Shown here piece by piece: positions 8,792 to 17,416 of a stretch of DNA of 64,000 nt. Source of the DNA: Chloracidobacterium sp. (GTDB taxonomy: Bacteria; Acidobacteriota; Blastocatellia; Pyrinomonadales; Pyrinomonadaceae). The DNA is taken from the NCBI GenBank assembly GCA_016716305.1, contig JADJWP010000001.1, positions 350,391 to 414,390 on the forward strand, given 5' to 3'. A program made the position numbers and the translations under genes. The first letter of the stretch is position 1. Each line of letters begins with the position of its first letter. Under the pieces are notes generated by a model, which was not told where the DNA came from, searched no databases, and worked only from the letters and a program-made list of their open reading frames with translations.

Positions 8792-9313
8792 ATGGCAATA
8801 GTAGTCGATGCGATCAGCGGCGCCGATATCGCCAACGTGGTAAATAACAACATCGATGGTGCGGTCGACCTTTCGGGCAAACGCTGCGGTGAATTTTTTG
8901 AAGCTCTTGCTGCGCGCGTCGGCGACAAAAAGATCTCGGTTCTCCGGATCTGGGGACACGGAACGACACACTACGCCAGCGGCAGGGATTACGGCAAGGG
9001 CAACATGAGATTTGTGGAGGACGAGGTGAGCGATGATACGCTCGCCACATTCGAGCCTCACATCAGAAAACTGACGCCGCTCCTTGATACAGGTTCGCGA
9101 GTCGAGATCCGCGGTTGCCAGATCGCATTGGGGACTGGCGAAAAATTGATGCTCAGACTCGCGGACATTTGGAAGGCGGAGGTACAGGGTTCCCCTCGGT
9201 CACAACCTTTGCTTTCTTGGACCCCGCCGGTCAAATCGGCATTCCCCGGCGCAACTTCGCTGCGAGGTGCAGTCATTATCGAGTACAACGATGAGCGTTA
9301 TAAAAAGCGATGA
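8792..9313 (+). CDS. hypothetical protein, DUF4347-like stand-alone domain
   Basis: GGAGGG precedes the ATG at 8792. 'ISVLRIWGHGT...' and 'VEIRGCQIALGTGEKLMLRLADIWKAEVQGS' resemble the '...HG..G.L.LG' and 'L.GC.VA.G..G..F...LA...G..V.AS' pattern of DUF4347. Assigned from memory only. Confidence 0.4.
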   Translation: MAIVVDAISGADIANVVNNNIDGAVDLSGKRCGEFFEALAARVGDKKISVLRIWGHGTTHYASGRDYGKGNMRFVEDEVSDDTLATFEPHIRKLTPLLDTGSRVEIRGCQIALGTGEKLMLRLADIWKAEVQGSPRSQPLLSWTPPVKSAFPGATSLRGAVIIEYNDERYKKR

Positions 9314-9419
9314 CCCTTACTATTTGCTTGCACCTGCGTGGCATTTGTTCTAATATTGATTTTAATGTAAGGATTCGGAGGTTCCGTGTCCTTTATTTTT
9401 GATAGGAGCAGCAATTTAT

Positions 9420-9776
9420 ATGTCAGCAGTAGCAGCACCAAACGTCGAATTGAATGTGACCGAAGCGGCCGCCGTCGAGATCAAAAAGTTTCTCGCTGGC
9501 GAAGATGACCTGCCCGAAACCGCCGGCCTTCGCGTCCGCGTGGTTCCCGGCGGATGTTCGGGCTTTCAGTACAGCCTGAACATCGAAGAAGAGTCGCGAC
9601 AGGGCGATTTCATCCTCGACAAGTTTGGTATCAAGCTTTTCGTCGATATGTTCTCGGCACAGTATCTGAACGGCGTACAGATCGATTACACGTCGAACAT
9701 GATGGGGTCAGGCTTTACGTTCGAGAATCCGAATGCTACCGGCGGATGCGGTTGCGGAACCTCTTTCTCGGCGTAG
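9420..9776 (+). CDS. erpA: A-type Fe-S cluster carrier/insertion protein (HesB/IscA/ErpA family)
   Basis: 'VTEAAAVEIKKFL...GLRVRVVPGGCSGFQYSL...DKFGIKLFVD..S..YL.G..IDY...MGSGFTFENPNATGGCGCGTSFSA'. This carries the canonical C-x(n)-C-G-C signature. Confidence 0.85.
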   Translation: MSAVAAPNVELNVTEAAAVEIKKFLAGEDDLPETAGLRVRVVPGGCSGFQYSLNIEEESRQGDFILDKFGIKLFVDMFSAQYLNGVQIDYTSNMMGSGFTFENPNATGGCGCGTSFSA

Positions 9777-9797
9777 ATTACTTCCAGATTCAATAGG

Positions 9798-9836
9798 AAC
9801 GGCGACGGTTTATGCCGACGCCGTTTTTGCTTTTTG
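9798..9836 (+). terminator. rho-independent terminator after erpA
   Basis: Hairpin AACGGCG(ACGG..CCGA)CGCCGTT followed by TTTTTGCTTTTT. Confidence 0.6.
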
Positions 9837-9896
9837 GAAGCATTGGTTCATTGCATCTATTTCATTGCATACAACGGACAACTAAGGAAGGCATTT

Positions 9897-9952
9897 GCGG
9901 GGAGGTGACGCACGGACAATTCTCGGGAAACCGGGAATTGTCCGACGCCCGC
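9897..9952 (+). other. strongly structured element: 14-bp hairpin with a GAAA tetraloop nested in an outer GCGGG/CCCGC helix
   Basis: 9913-9944 reads CGGACAATTCTCGG-GAAA-CCGGGAATTGTCCG (13 Watson-Crick pairs plus 1 GU). It is flanked by GCGGG (9897-9901) and CCCGC (9948-9952). No U-tract follows and no ORF covers it. Confidence 0.3.
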
Positions 9953-10237
9953 ATTGGGGGGTCGCTTTCCGCGCGTTGCAATTTCGTGATCAAAAATGTT
10001 AACCTCTTTCTTAGCTGATCAGCCGGACAGTACGAAGCCTTGCGATTTATCCGGCAACGCAAACACGAATTTCGCGTTTCAGCAACGATAAATATACAGA
10101 CAATTTGAACGTCCATTGGATCCGCTAGACGGATCATCGGATTAATCTTTGCTCCTGGCCTTTGCGTCAATTAGGTGATCCCGGATCACCCTGCCTTCGT
10201 TCTTCAAGTCTGAAACAAATAGCAGGAGTCATAAATT

Positions 10238-10948
10238 TTGATCAATTTGAAACGAGGCTTGGTTTTGTCGCTTTGCGGCCTTTCGGTAGTACTTTCGGCC
10301 GACAACGCGGTATTTTCTCAAGATCGGGAACGCGTTGTGCGAACCGTTTCTTCGAGGCCGACAAACCAGCCCGCCGCTCAGCCGCAAGCTGAAAGGCCTG
10401 CATCGCTTTCCTCATCCGCACCGGTCAGATCCACAAGCCAACGCCCCGTATTGACCGACAATATCGTCGTCGCGGAACCGTCGAAACCGCTAGTGAAAAA
10501 AACCGGCGAATCGAGCCCGTTGACCGTGATGGCAAGGGCCGCGGGCAAACGTTCGATGTATAGTTCGGTCGTTACGAACAGCATGCTCGGAGCTATCCAA
10601 AAACGGCTCGGCATTCCGTATCTTTATGGCTCCACCGGGCCGAACCGCTATGACTGTTCCGGTTTTGTATGGGCCGTTTTCAACGATGCAGGTATCAATT
10701 TCACGCGGCAAAGTGCCCGCAGCCTGTGGGCAATGTCAGAACCGGTGATGGGCGACGAACGATTCGAGTTCGGTACACTCGTTTTCATGAACAAACTTGG
10801 CCATATGGGTATCGTTGCTGACGAAAACGGGTTTTACCACGCCTCATCCAGCAAAGGAATCACGTATTCGCCATTCAAAGGGTATTGGGAGAAACGCATT
10901 GTCGGATTTCGCCGCCTGGTCATGCCCGATCCGCACAGCGTAAAATAG
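10238..10948 (+). CDS. secreted NlpC/P60 family cell-wall peptidase
   Basis: TTG start 10 nt after AGGAG, with a signal peptide. 'YLYGSTGPNRYDCSGFVWAVFNDAGINFTRQSARSLW...GHMGIV...FYHASS' supplies the catalytic Cys/His pattern of NlpC/P60. Confidence 0.85.
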   Translation: MINLKRGLVLSLCGLSVVLSADNAVFSQDRERVVRTVSSRPTNQPAAQPQAERPASLSSSAPVRSTSQRPVLTDNIVVAEPSKPLVKKTGESSPLTVMARAAGKRSMYSSVVTNSMLGAIQKRLGIPYLYGSTGPNRYDCSGFVWAVFNDAGINFTRQSARSLWAMSEPVMGDERFEFGTLVFMNKLGHMGIVADENGFYHASSSKGITYSPFKGYWEKRIVGFRRLVMPDPHSVK

Positions 10949-10971
10949 GTCGGTAGTTTTTTTTAGGATCG

Positions 10972-11001
10972 GCCCGGGGCTTATCGGCTCCGGGCTTTTT
11001 T
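10972..11001 (+). terminator. rho-independent terminator after the NlpC/P60 gene
   Basis: GCCCGGGGC-TTATCG-GCTCCGGGC stem followed by T6. Confidence 0.6.
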
Positions 11002-11411
11002 GCGCGCCGTTCGATCTCGGCAGTCGTGAACGCGATAAATGTAGTACGTACCGTGGAATTTTACGCTATCAGCCGCGCTCGAGTTCATTTTGCGACGACC
11101 ACAAGAGAGCCTCGATGCGATAAAAGCGGGCCCAATTTCGATCTTTCTCCCGGGTTGGGCTGGCATTCAAATTGCACTTTAGATCGGTATATAAGCGCGC
11201 TCCTCTCCTCTCAAAGCGTCTGGAATTTTCGGATTCGAATCATGCTTTCGTCCGGGTATTGTCCCGATCGCAATGACCTCGCTGCCTGACAAATTATTTT
11301 GGATAGTTCGCGGTATTCGCCGTATTGCGTGTGTATCAAGGTAGATTTCTATTGACCTATTAGGCCTATTCGGCCATGCCTGTGCGCCATGCGCATAAAT
11401 GGAGTAAGAAA

Positions 11412-13496
11412 ATGAGATCAATTAAAGTATTAATATTTCAAAGTATTCGGGTCGCAGTAATTGCTGCGATCGCAACAATCATCGCCGTTGCCCAGCCTGG
11501 GACCTCTATTGACGAGACGATACCGAGCGGTTCGCTCGTTATCGCGATGGACAATGCCAAACAAGGCAATTCGACAGGCTGTAACGGACCAGCGTTCAAC
11601 CTTAAGGCGTATGGATTGGCGGTCCGTCTTCTGCACAACAACATCCCGGTCAAATGGGCGATCGCAAACAAAGCGTCGAAAGACGCGAACGACTTTACCG
11701 TGAATGCGACGCGCATCTCCGGGCAATCGTGCCAGACCGGACCGTCGGATTTCGGCTTCTCTGGCGGCCCGTTGGTCGTAGTTCAGGAATACGCGGTTCT
11801 CGCCCTTCCGATAATCACGGCGTTCAATAACGAGATCGACGGAACGTCAAATGACGTCCGCGTTTATCAAACGAACGCCGCGGTCAACGCTCCGATAAGG
11901 TATACGCTGACACACAAACCCCTTATCGCGGTCGGGCCGGTTGACGGCGGTTGGGGAGGCGATCCGCACACGACCCTCTTCACCGAAGCCAAGCTGACGG
12001 GATATTTTGCCCCGGTCGAAGACATCGATATCGGCCCCGGCAGCTGCTATACGATGGCGACCCAGGCCCATGCTACGTCAGCTCCGTTCTATAATTCGTT
12101 CCGCGGGTTTGTTGAGAACGGCGGCAACTTCCTGATCCAGTGTGAATCGATAACCCACTACGAACAGAATCAGAACCCGCGATTTCAAACAGCGAACGGA
12201 TTCAATTTGTTTGGCAACAGCAGTCAGTTCCCCGGTCGGACCATAGGCACCTCGAGTACGCAGGTGACCTACCCGAACCCGGCGATGCCTTTCAGTCAGT
12301 TCGTCGGGGCCTTTGCATCAAATGTTGACGGCGCTGTCTCGGAGTTTTCTGTAATTGGCGGAGATGCCAATTTTATCAACAACACACTTTCAGCCGTTAG
12401 GAACACCAGCACCGGCTGGACAACGGCACATATCGCCGCGGTCGGACGCATTCCCACATCAACCGGCGGCGGAGGCCACGTCTTCACGATCGGCGGCCAC
12501 GACTATTACCGCGACACTACGCCGACGAATGCCAGCCTTGAGCGTCGCAATGCCCAGAGGATGATCCTGAACGCGGTACTTGTACCTTCGGAACGCAGCG
12601 GATGCTCGCTTTCGATACCGATAGTCAAGGGATTCAAGCAGGTCGAATATCTCCCGAACACGCCTGACGATGCCGTTCCTGTCGGCGTTTTCAATCCCGG
12701 CGATACGATCACGTGGACGATCCGTTATATAAACGATGGGCTCGTACCGGTTACGAATTTCCAGATAGTCGACCCGCTGCAATCTGGCCTTATTTATCAG
12801 GGACCGCTGGTCGTCACGACAAACGGTTCGGGAACGATCGCGACGGCGAATGCCTCCTACAACGGCACCGGAAACAACAATATGCTCGCCCCGAACGCCG
12901 TACTCGGCATTGGTGGGATGATAACGGTAAAGGTCAGAACGACCGTCACACAATGGACGACCTATCTGAACCACCCGACTGCATATGGAACCGGAATGCC
13001 CGAAGGCGGCGAACGGACCGACACGGTCGATGCAACAACACCTGGTACGTTCGGCGGCTATCCGATCGGATGTCAGCCGGGTTCGAATTGCTATCCCCAG
13101 GAAGATTGGCAAACGCCCAGCCTTGACCCGACGGGTATCCTGCTCGTTGGGCCGACCTCAGCACCGGCTTCCGTTGAAGGACGAGTGATCGATGCCGGAG
13201 GCCGAGCGCTCTCACGCATCAACGTCGAGATCTACAACGTCCAGACGGGAGAGATCAAAGCGGTCACGACGGGTTCGTTCGGCACTTTCAAATTTGATTA
13301 CCTGACGACCGCCCAGTTCTATGTGGTGAGCGTTTCGGGCAAACGTGTGTATTTTCCGATCGATACCCATTCTTTCACTTTGCTCGATAACATTGTCGGA
13401 TTGACGTTCGTCGCCGGCGAACCGCAGCAGGTGAAGAACTTGTCCGAGGGTACGAAGGGGAAGGTTCCGGCCAGATCAGGCCTGAAAAAGAACTAG
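11412..13496 (+). CDS. large secreted protein with a DUF11-like central domain and a C-terminal CarboxypepD_reg-like module
   Basis: ATG at 11412 after GGAG. Signal/TM segment 'IRVAVIAAIATIIAVAQ'. 'GDTITWTIRYINDGLVPVTNFQIVDPL' is DUF11-like. C-terminus 'GPTSAPASVEGRVIDAGGRALSRINVEIYNVQTGEIKAVTTGSFGTFKFDYL..AQFYVVSVSGKRVYF'. Confidence 0.7.
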   Translation: MRSIKVLIFQSIRVAVIAAIATIIAVAQPGTSIDETIPSGSLVIAMDNAKQGNSTGCNGPAFNLKAYGLAVRLLHNNIPVKWAIANKASKDANDFTVNATRISGQSCQTGPSDFGFSGGPLVVVQEYAVLALPIITAFNNEIDGTSNDVRVYQTNAAVNAPIRYTLTHKPLIAVGPVDGGWGGDPHTTLFTEAKLTGYFAPVEDIDIGPGSCYTMATQAHATSAPFYNSFRGFVENGGNFLIQCESITHYEQNQNPRFQTANGFNLFGNSSQFPGRTIGTSSTQVTYPNPAMPFSQFVGAFASNVDGAVSEFSVIGGDANFINNTLSAVRNTSTGWTTAHIAAVGRIPTSTGGGGHVFTIGGHDYYRDTTPTNASLERRNAQRMILNAVLVPSERSGCSLSIPIVKGFKQVEYLPNTPDDAVPVGVFNPGDTITWTIRYINDGLVPVTNFQIVDPLQSGLIYQGPLVVTTNGSGTIATANASYNGTGNNNMLAPNAVLGIGGMITVKVRTTVTQWTTYLNHPTAYGTGMPEGGERTDTVDATTPGTFGGYPIGCQPGSNCYPQEDWQTPSLDPTGILLVGPTSAPASVEGRVIDAGGRALSRINVEIYNVQTGEIKAVTTGSFGTFKFDYLTTAQFYVVSVSGKRVYFPIDTHSFTLLDNIVGLTFVAGEPQQVKNLSEGTKGKVPARSGLKKN

Positions 13497-13571
13497 GCCC
13501 AACGGATCGGGCTTTCTAAATTGCCCGCAACATTTCGGCTCGAACATGGTAAAGCGTGTTCGAGCCATTTT

Positions 13572-13781
13572 TCATGCAACGAAACCCGGACGAAGATGGT
13601 TGTCAGAAACCACGTTGACCGCAGCGATCTTTTCGATCGATATATACAATGTCTTATCTTCATCATCGCGTAGCGAAAGTATCCCGTTTTCAACCTCAAG
13701 AACCTCTCCGGTAAATCCTACGGCCGAAGTACAGCTGACGTCGATCTTCTTTCCAACGAGCGATTTAAGTTTCTCTTCCAT
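13572..13781 (-). CDS. small hypothetical protein (Sm/LSm-like beta-barrel guess)
   Basis: 69 aa counted from the internal ATG: 'MEEKLKSLVGKKIDVSCTSAVGFTGEVLEVENGILSLRDDEDKTLYISIEKIAAV'. The longer 115-aa version has a low-complexity, non-protein-like N-terminus. Confidence 0.4.
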   Translation of the reverse strand: MEEKLKSLVGKKIDVSCTSAVGFTGEVLEVENGILSLRDDEDKTLYISIEKIAAVNVVSDNHLRPGFVA

Positions 13782-14055
13782 AAATTGATTGTTGCAAGCA
13801 ATGTTTGATTCCAGGCGAGATTCTACTATGTAACGACCGCGAAAATCGAATGTCCTGGGATTTTCAATCAAAGCGACCGAATTTCGGTCAGAATGACCGA
13901 ATACCTCATTGCCGCCCAAACAAAATGTTGACTTCTGTTTAGCAACTATCTACATTGTTATACAGTGATCGGCCCCGCGATCCATCTTCAACGTTCTTTC
14001 TGCACCCAACTAAACCAAATAATCTCAACGACTTCCCTGAAGTTCCTACCGACAT

Positions 14056-15921
14056 ATGAAACGAACACTCTTCGTCGCCTTCATTATCCTTGGATTTGGC
14101 TTCTCGTTGTACCTCGCCGTTGCTCCCGCATCGGGTAAAGACAGCAAACTCATCAGAAGCCGGAACGCCGTTCCCGGCCGATATATCGTAGTGTTCAAGG
14201 ACGATCGGTCGAAGTCTACCGAAACGGATCCTTCTGCAGCGTCGACTGCCAATGTTCTGGCCGGTGAATACAACGCGATGATCGATACGATCTATGATAC
14301 GGCGATCAAAGGATTTTCGGCAGAGATGTCTGCTAAGGACGCAGAGGCGTTAAGCCGCGATTCGCGGATCGAGTTTGTCGAGGAAGACTCGGTAGCATAT
14401 GTCAGTAGTGTAACGACCAATTCAGATTGGGGCCTTGATCGGATAGATCAACGCGAACTGCCGTTGAACGGCGCGTTCATGTATTCCGAGACCGGAGCGA
14501 ACGTGAACGTTTACGTGATCGATTCGGGCATCAGGCCTACTCATACGGAATTTGGAAATCGCGCGTCGGTAGCGTTCGATGCGCTTACAGACGGTCAAAA
14601 TGGCATCGACTGCAACGGTCATGGTACACACGTCGCTGGAACGATCGGCAGTTCGACATACGGCGTTGCAAAGAATGCCCGTCTCTACGGCGTCAGAGTG
14701 CTGCCGTGTTCCGGGTTTGGTCTGGTTTCGAGCATGATCAGCGGCGTCAACTGGGTCACTGCAAATCGCGTCAATCCGGCGGTCGTCAACATGAGCATTG
14801 CCGTCAGCGGCATTTCAAACTCATTGAATAATGCGATCAACAATTCGGTCGCCTCGGGGATCACGTTCATCGTTTCGGCCGGAAACAACGGGAATGATGC
14901 TTGCCTTTATTCACCCGCGACCGCGTCTTCGGCATTGGTGGTCGGCGCCACCGGGAACGATGACGCTCGCGCCGGATATTCAAATTTCGGAGCATGTGTT
15001 GACATCTTTGCTCCCGGAAACAATATCACTTCGCTCAGCCATCTGAGCGACACCGGAACGCGGCTTATGACCGGAACATCGATGGCAGCGCCGATGGTTG
15101 CAGGAGCTGCTGCACTTTATTTGGAGGCCAACCCCAATGCCTCGCCGGCAACCGTCGCCAACCGGATCAAGCTCGATGCCACCTCGGGAAGCGTGACCAA
15201 CATCGACACCGTTTCGCCGAACAAGCTCCTTTACACTTGGCTGGACGGCGCTCAGCCTCCGACGCCAGGCAGCGTAACCATCATTAAAGAAGTGGTATCG
15301 TGGGGCGGCGGGACCTCGTCTTCAGAATCATTTACCTACACGGCCAGCAACTTCGGACTCCCGTCGTTCTCGTTGGTCGACAGCGACGTAGTACCGGCAG
15401 ACCGTGTTACGAATGCGAACGTGTTTCTCTTTGACGAATCGAATGCGATAACCGTAACCGAAAACGAGACGACGGGTTGGGGACTAACCTCGATCTCTTG
15501 TACCGAGACCGGAGCCGAAGGCATGCCGAATTCTCAGAATTCGACGGTTGACCTGCCAAATCGAAAGGCGAATATCGTCGTCGAAGAAGGTGAATCGATC
15601 GTATGTACCTTCAGAGGCGAACAATTCGCACCGACCGCCGCTCCCGGATCGATAACCGGACGTTTGATCGATCAACGCGGAACCGGGCTTCGCGGACAGC
15701 ATGTGACGCTGTTTGACGCGAACACCGGAGAGACGCGAAGCGCGATAACGAACTCGTTCGGGTTCTATTCGTTCGGCGAACTTACCGTTTCCCACTTTTA
15801 CGTGATATCGGTTAGCAACAGCAAACGGTATCAATTCACACCTGATAGCCACTCGTTCTCTTTGGATGGCGATATGTTCGATATGAACTTCACGGCAACG
15901 GAGCATACTCGGGGCAGTTGA
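14056..15921 (+). CDS. secreted subtilisin-family (S8, proteinase K-like) serine peptidase with an I9 propeptide and a C-terminal CarboxypepD_reg-like module
   Basis: Catalytic triad motifs 'VYVIDSGI', 'HGTHVAGTIG' and 'GTSMAAPMVAGAAAL'. Propeptide 'GRYIVVFKDD...'. C-terminus 'APTAAPGSITGRLIDQRGTGLRGQHVTLFDANTGETRSAITNSFGFYSF'. Confidence 0.92.
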   Translation: MKRTLFVAFIILGFGFSLYLAVAPASGKDSKLIRSRNAVPGRYIVVFKDDRSKSTETDPSAASTANVLAGEYNAMIDTIYDTAIKGFSAEMSAKDAEALSRDSRIEFVEEDSVAYVSSVTTNSDWGLDRIDQRELPLNGAFMYSETGANVNVYVIDSGIRPTHTEFGNRASVAFDALTDGQNGIDCNGHGTHVAGTIGSSTYGVAKNARLYGVRVLPCSGFGLVSSMISGVNWVTANRVNPAVVNMSIAVSGISNSLNNAINNSVASGITFIVSAGNNGNDACLYSPATASSALVVGATGNDDARAGYSNFGACVDIFAPGNNITSLSHLSDTGTRLMTGTSMAAPMVAGAAALYLEANPNASPATVANRIKLDATSGSVTNIDTVSPNKLLYTWLDGAQPPTPGSVTIIKEVVSWGGGTSSSESFTYTASNFGLPSFSLVDSDVVPADRVTNANVFLFDESNAITVTENETTGWGLTSISCTETGAEGMPNSQNSTVDLPNRKANIVVEEGESIVCTFRGEQFAPTAAPGSITGRLIDQRGTGLRGQHVTLFDANTGETRSAITNSFGFYSFGELTVSHFYVISVSNSKRYQFTPDSHSFSLDGDMFDMNFTATEHTRGS

Positions 15922-15955
15922 CGCTGCGATCGAGAAAGCAAAACGGATGGTGAGG

Positions 15956-15981
15956 CCCGATCGATGATCGGGTCTTTTTTT
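15956..15981 (+). terminator. rho-independent terminator after the S8 peptidase gene
   Basis: CCCGATCGATGATCGGG hairpin followed by TCTTTTTTT. Confidence 0.65.
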
Positions 15982-16398
15982 GACTTGAGGCGTCGAATCA
16001 GGCAAAAATACTGCTTCGGGACGAAAACAATTATTGGAAATCGTCCGAATTGCCACTTTATTTGTGCAAATATAAACGGTCTGAGCGTCTTTGTACCAGA
16101 CGCCGAAGCGGGAATATCTTGTGGTGTGTCCGCTAATGTGTTGCAAGTATTGGGTGTTTGTCGTTTGAATCAACCTGAAACGGAAAGGTTCACACGGAAA
16201 AAGAGGGCCGATCTCAAGAAGATGGTTATTGACTTCGATCTAAATATTTGTTAAACAATCGTTTATAGTTTTCTAAGTTTCGAGCAGTCAATTTTTTTTT
16301 CGTTCAGTGTTGCCCGTACCCCCGGGCGAGAGCCTCTGGCAAATGCACTAACGTTTTTTCTTCTTAATTGGAGACTACTTCATAGGAGTAACTAGATT

Positions 16399-17277
16399 AT
16401 GTATTTCCACCAAGGAAAGTTCACGCATTTCGTTTTAGCTTCGCGAGCAGCCGCATTCACCTTGTGCGTGCTTTTGCTAGCAAACGTCAGTTTCGGCCAG
16501 CTCCGAACCCTGGACCCGCGAGCCGGTAAGAGCCAGGCGGAGATCAAGACGAACGACGATTCCCTTCGAACCGGGTTGGGCCCGTATTACATTGAGACGA
16601 CCTACGAAGGTTGCAAAGCACTGTTTGACAGGGGCGGGCCGGAATATGCCCACATGACCACGTTTTGGGAGATGAGGATCGGGACACCAACGCCGAACGG
16701 TAGTTTCCCGCTGGTCAATGCGGCTCCCGTCTCGATTTTTGGTGGCATGACTGAAAATCCGAACCTGGCCATCAATATCAGTTCGAGTGGCAGTAATGTA
16801 AATTCGTGGTCGCTCGGTCCTCCACAGTTTCTTGATCGAGCCGTCTCGGCTATCGTTATTAGCGGCGTAAATGGCGGTACAGGCTTGTACGTTTACACAT
16901 ATCCGACCTTAGCGGTGAGCGATGTCGGGCCGTTTTCCACCCCACCGATCGGAAATCAATTTCCGCAGGTGAATGCTGTATCGTTTTGTTTTGAGCCATT
17001 TACGGCTCCGTCATCAGCCGACGCAATAATCTCAGGCCGGGCTCTGACGACCGCTGGACGAGGCATTGCGAATGTGAGGATGGAATTGACAGACCTTTCC
17101 ACCGGCACGGTTCGATACGCAATGACGAATCCGTTCGGTTATTACACGTTCGAAGAGGTTCCGGTTGCTACGCTCTATATGGTTCGGGCATCGCACAAAC
17201 GCTACACGTTCTTCGACAACGATCGAACGATCACGCTTGAAGATAACTTGACGGGATTGGATTTCGTCGCGGAATGA
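16399..17277 (+). CDS. secreted hypothetical protein with a C-terminal CarboxypepD_reg-like module
   Basis: Signal peptide 'AAFTLCVLLLANVSFGQ'. C-terminus 'TAPSSADAIISGRALTTAGRGIANVRMELTDLSTGTVRYAMTNPFGYYTFEEVPVATLYMVRASHKRYTF'. Confidence 0.6.
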   Translation: MYFHQGKFTHFVLASRAAAFTLCVLLLANVSFGQLRTLDPRAGKSQAEIKTNDDSLRTGLGPYYIETTYEGCKALFDRGGPEYAHMTTFWEMRIGTPTPNGSFPLVNAAPVSIFGGMTENPNLAINISSSGSNVNSWSLGPPQFLDRAVSAIVISGVNGGTGLYVYTYPTLAVSDVGPFSTPPIGNQFPQVNAVSFCFEPFTAPSSADAIISGRALTTAGRGIANVRMELTDLSTGTVRYAMTNPFGYYTFEEVPVATLYMVRASHKRYTFFDNDRTITLEDNLTGLDFVAE

Positions 17278-17342
17278 CCGTCCCTGGTATTTGACCGGCG
17301 GATAGCCCCTGTCCGCGATCTGAACAACTTGGTGCGATCTCG

Positions 17343-17376
17343 AACGGGTCTGGATCATTTCAGGCCCGTTTTTTTT
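17343..17376 (+). terminator. rho-independent terminator
   Basis: AACGGGTCTG/CAGGCCCGTT 10-bp stem followed by T6-7. Confidence 0.6.
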
Positions 17377-17416
17377 CGTGTTCCGTCCGCTTCACGTGTT
17401 CGAGGAACAAGAAGGG

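Noticed and set aside
9840-10237. c-di-AMP (ydaO/yuaA) riboswitch expected upstream of an NlpC/P60 gene
   Set aside because: I could not find the conserved GGGGACCCA / GGGGTGAATCC / CCCGAATCC-type elements. Only a generic hairpin is present, and it is reported separately.
12459-13112. 217-aa minus-strand ORF and several 60-140-aa ORFs inside 11412-13496
   Set aside because: All lie within the long sense ORF, which has a signal peptide and a conserved C-terminal domain. They have the Arg-rich composition of wrong-frame ORFs.
15484-16173. 229-aa minus-strand ORF at the end of the S8 protease gene
   Set aside because: It overlaps the conserved C-terminal module of the protease and its terminator. 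Its composition is Arg/Ser-rich and no motif was recognised.
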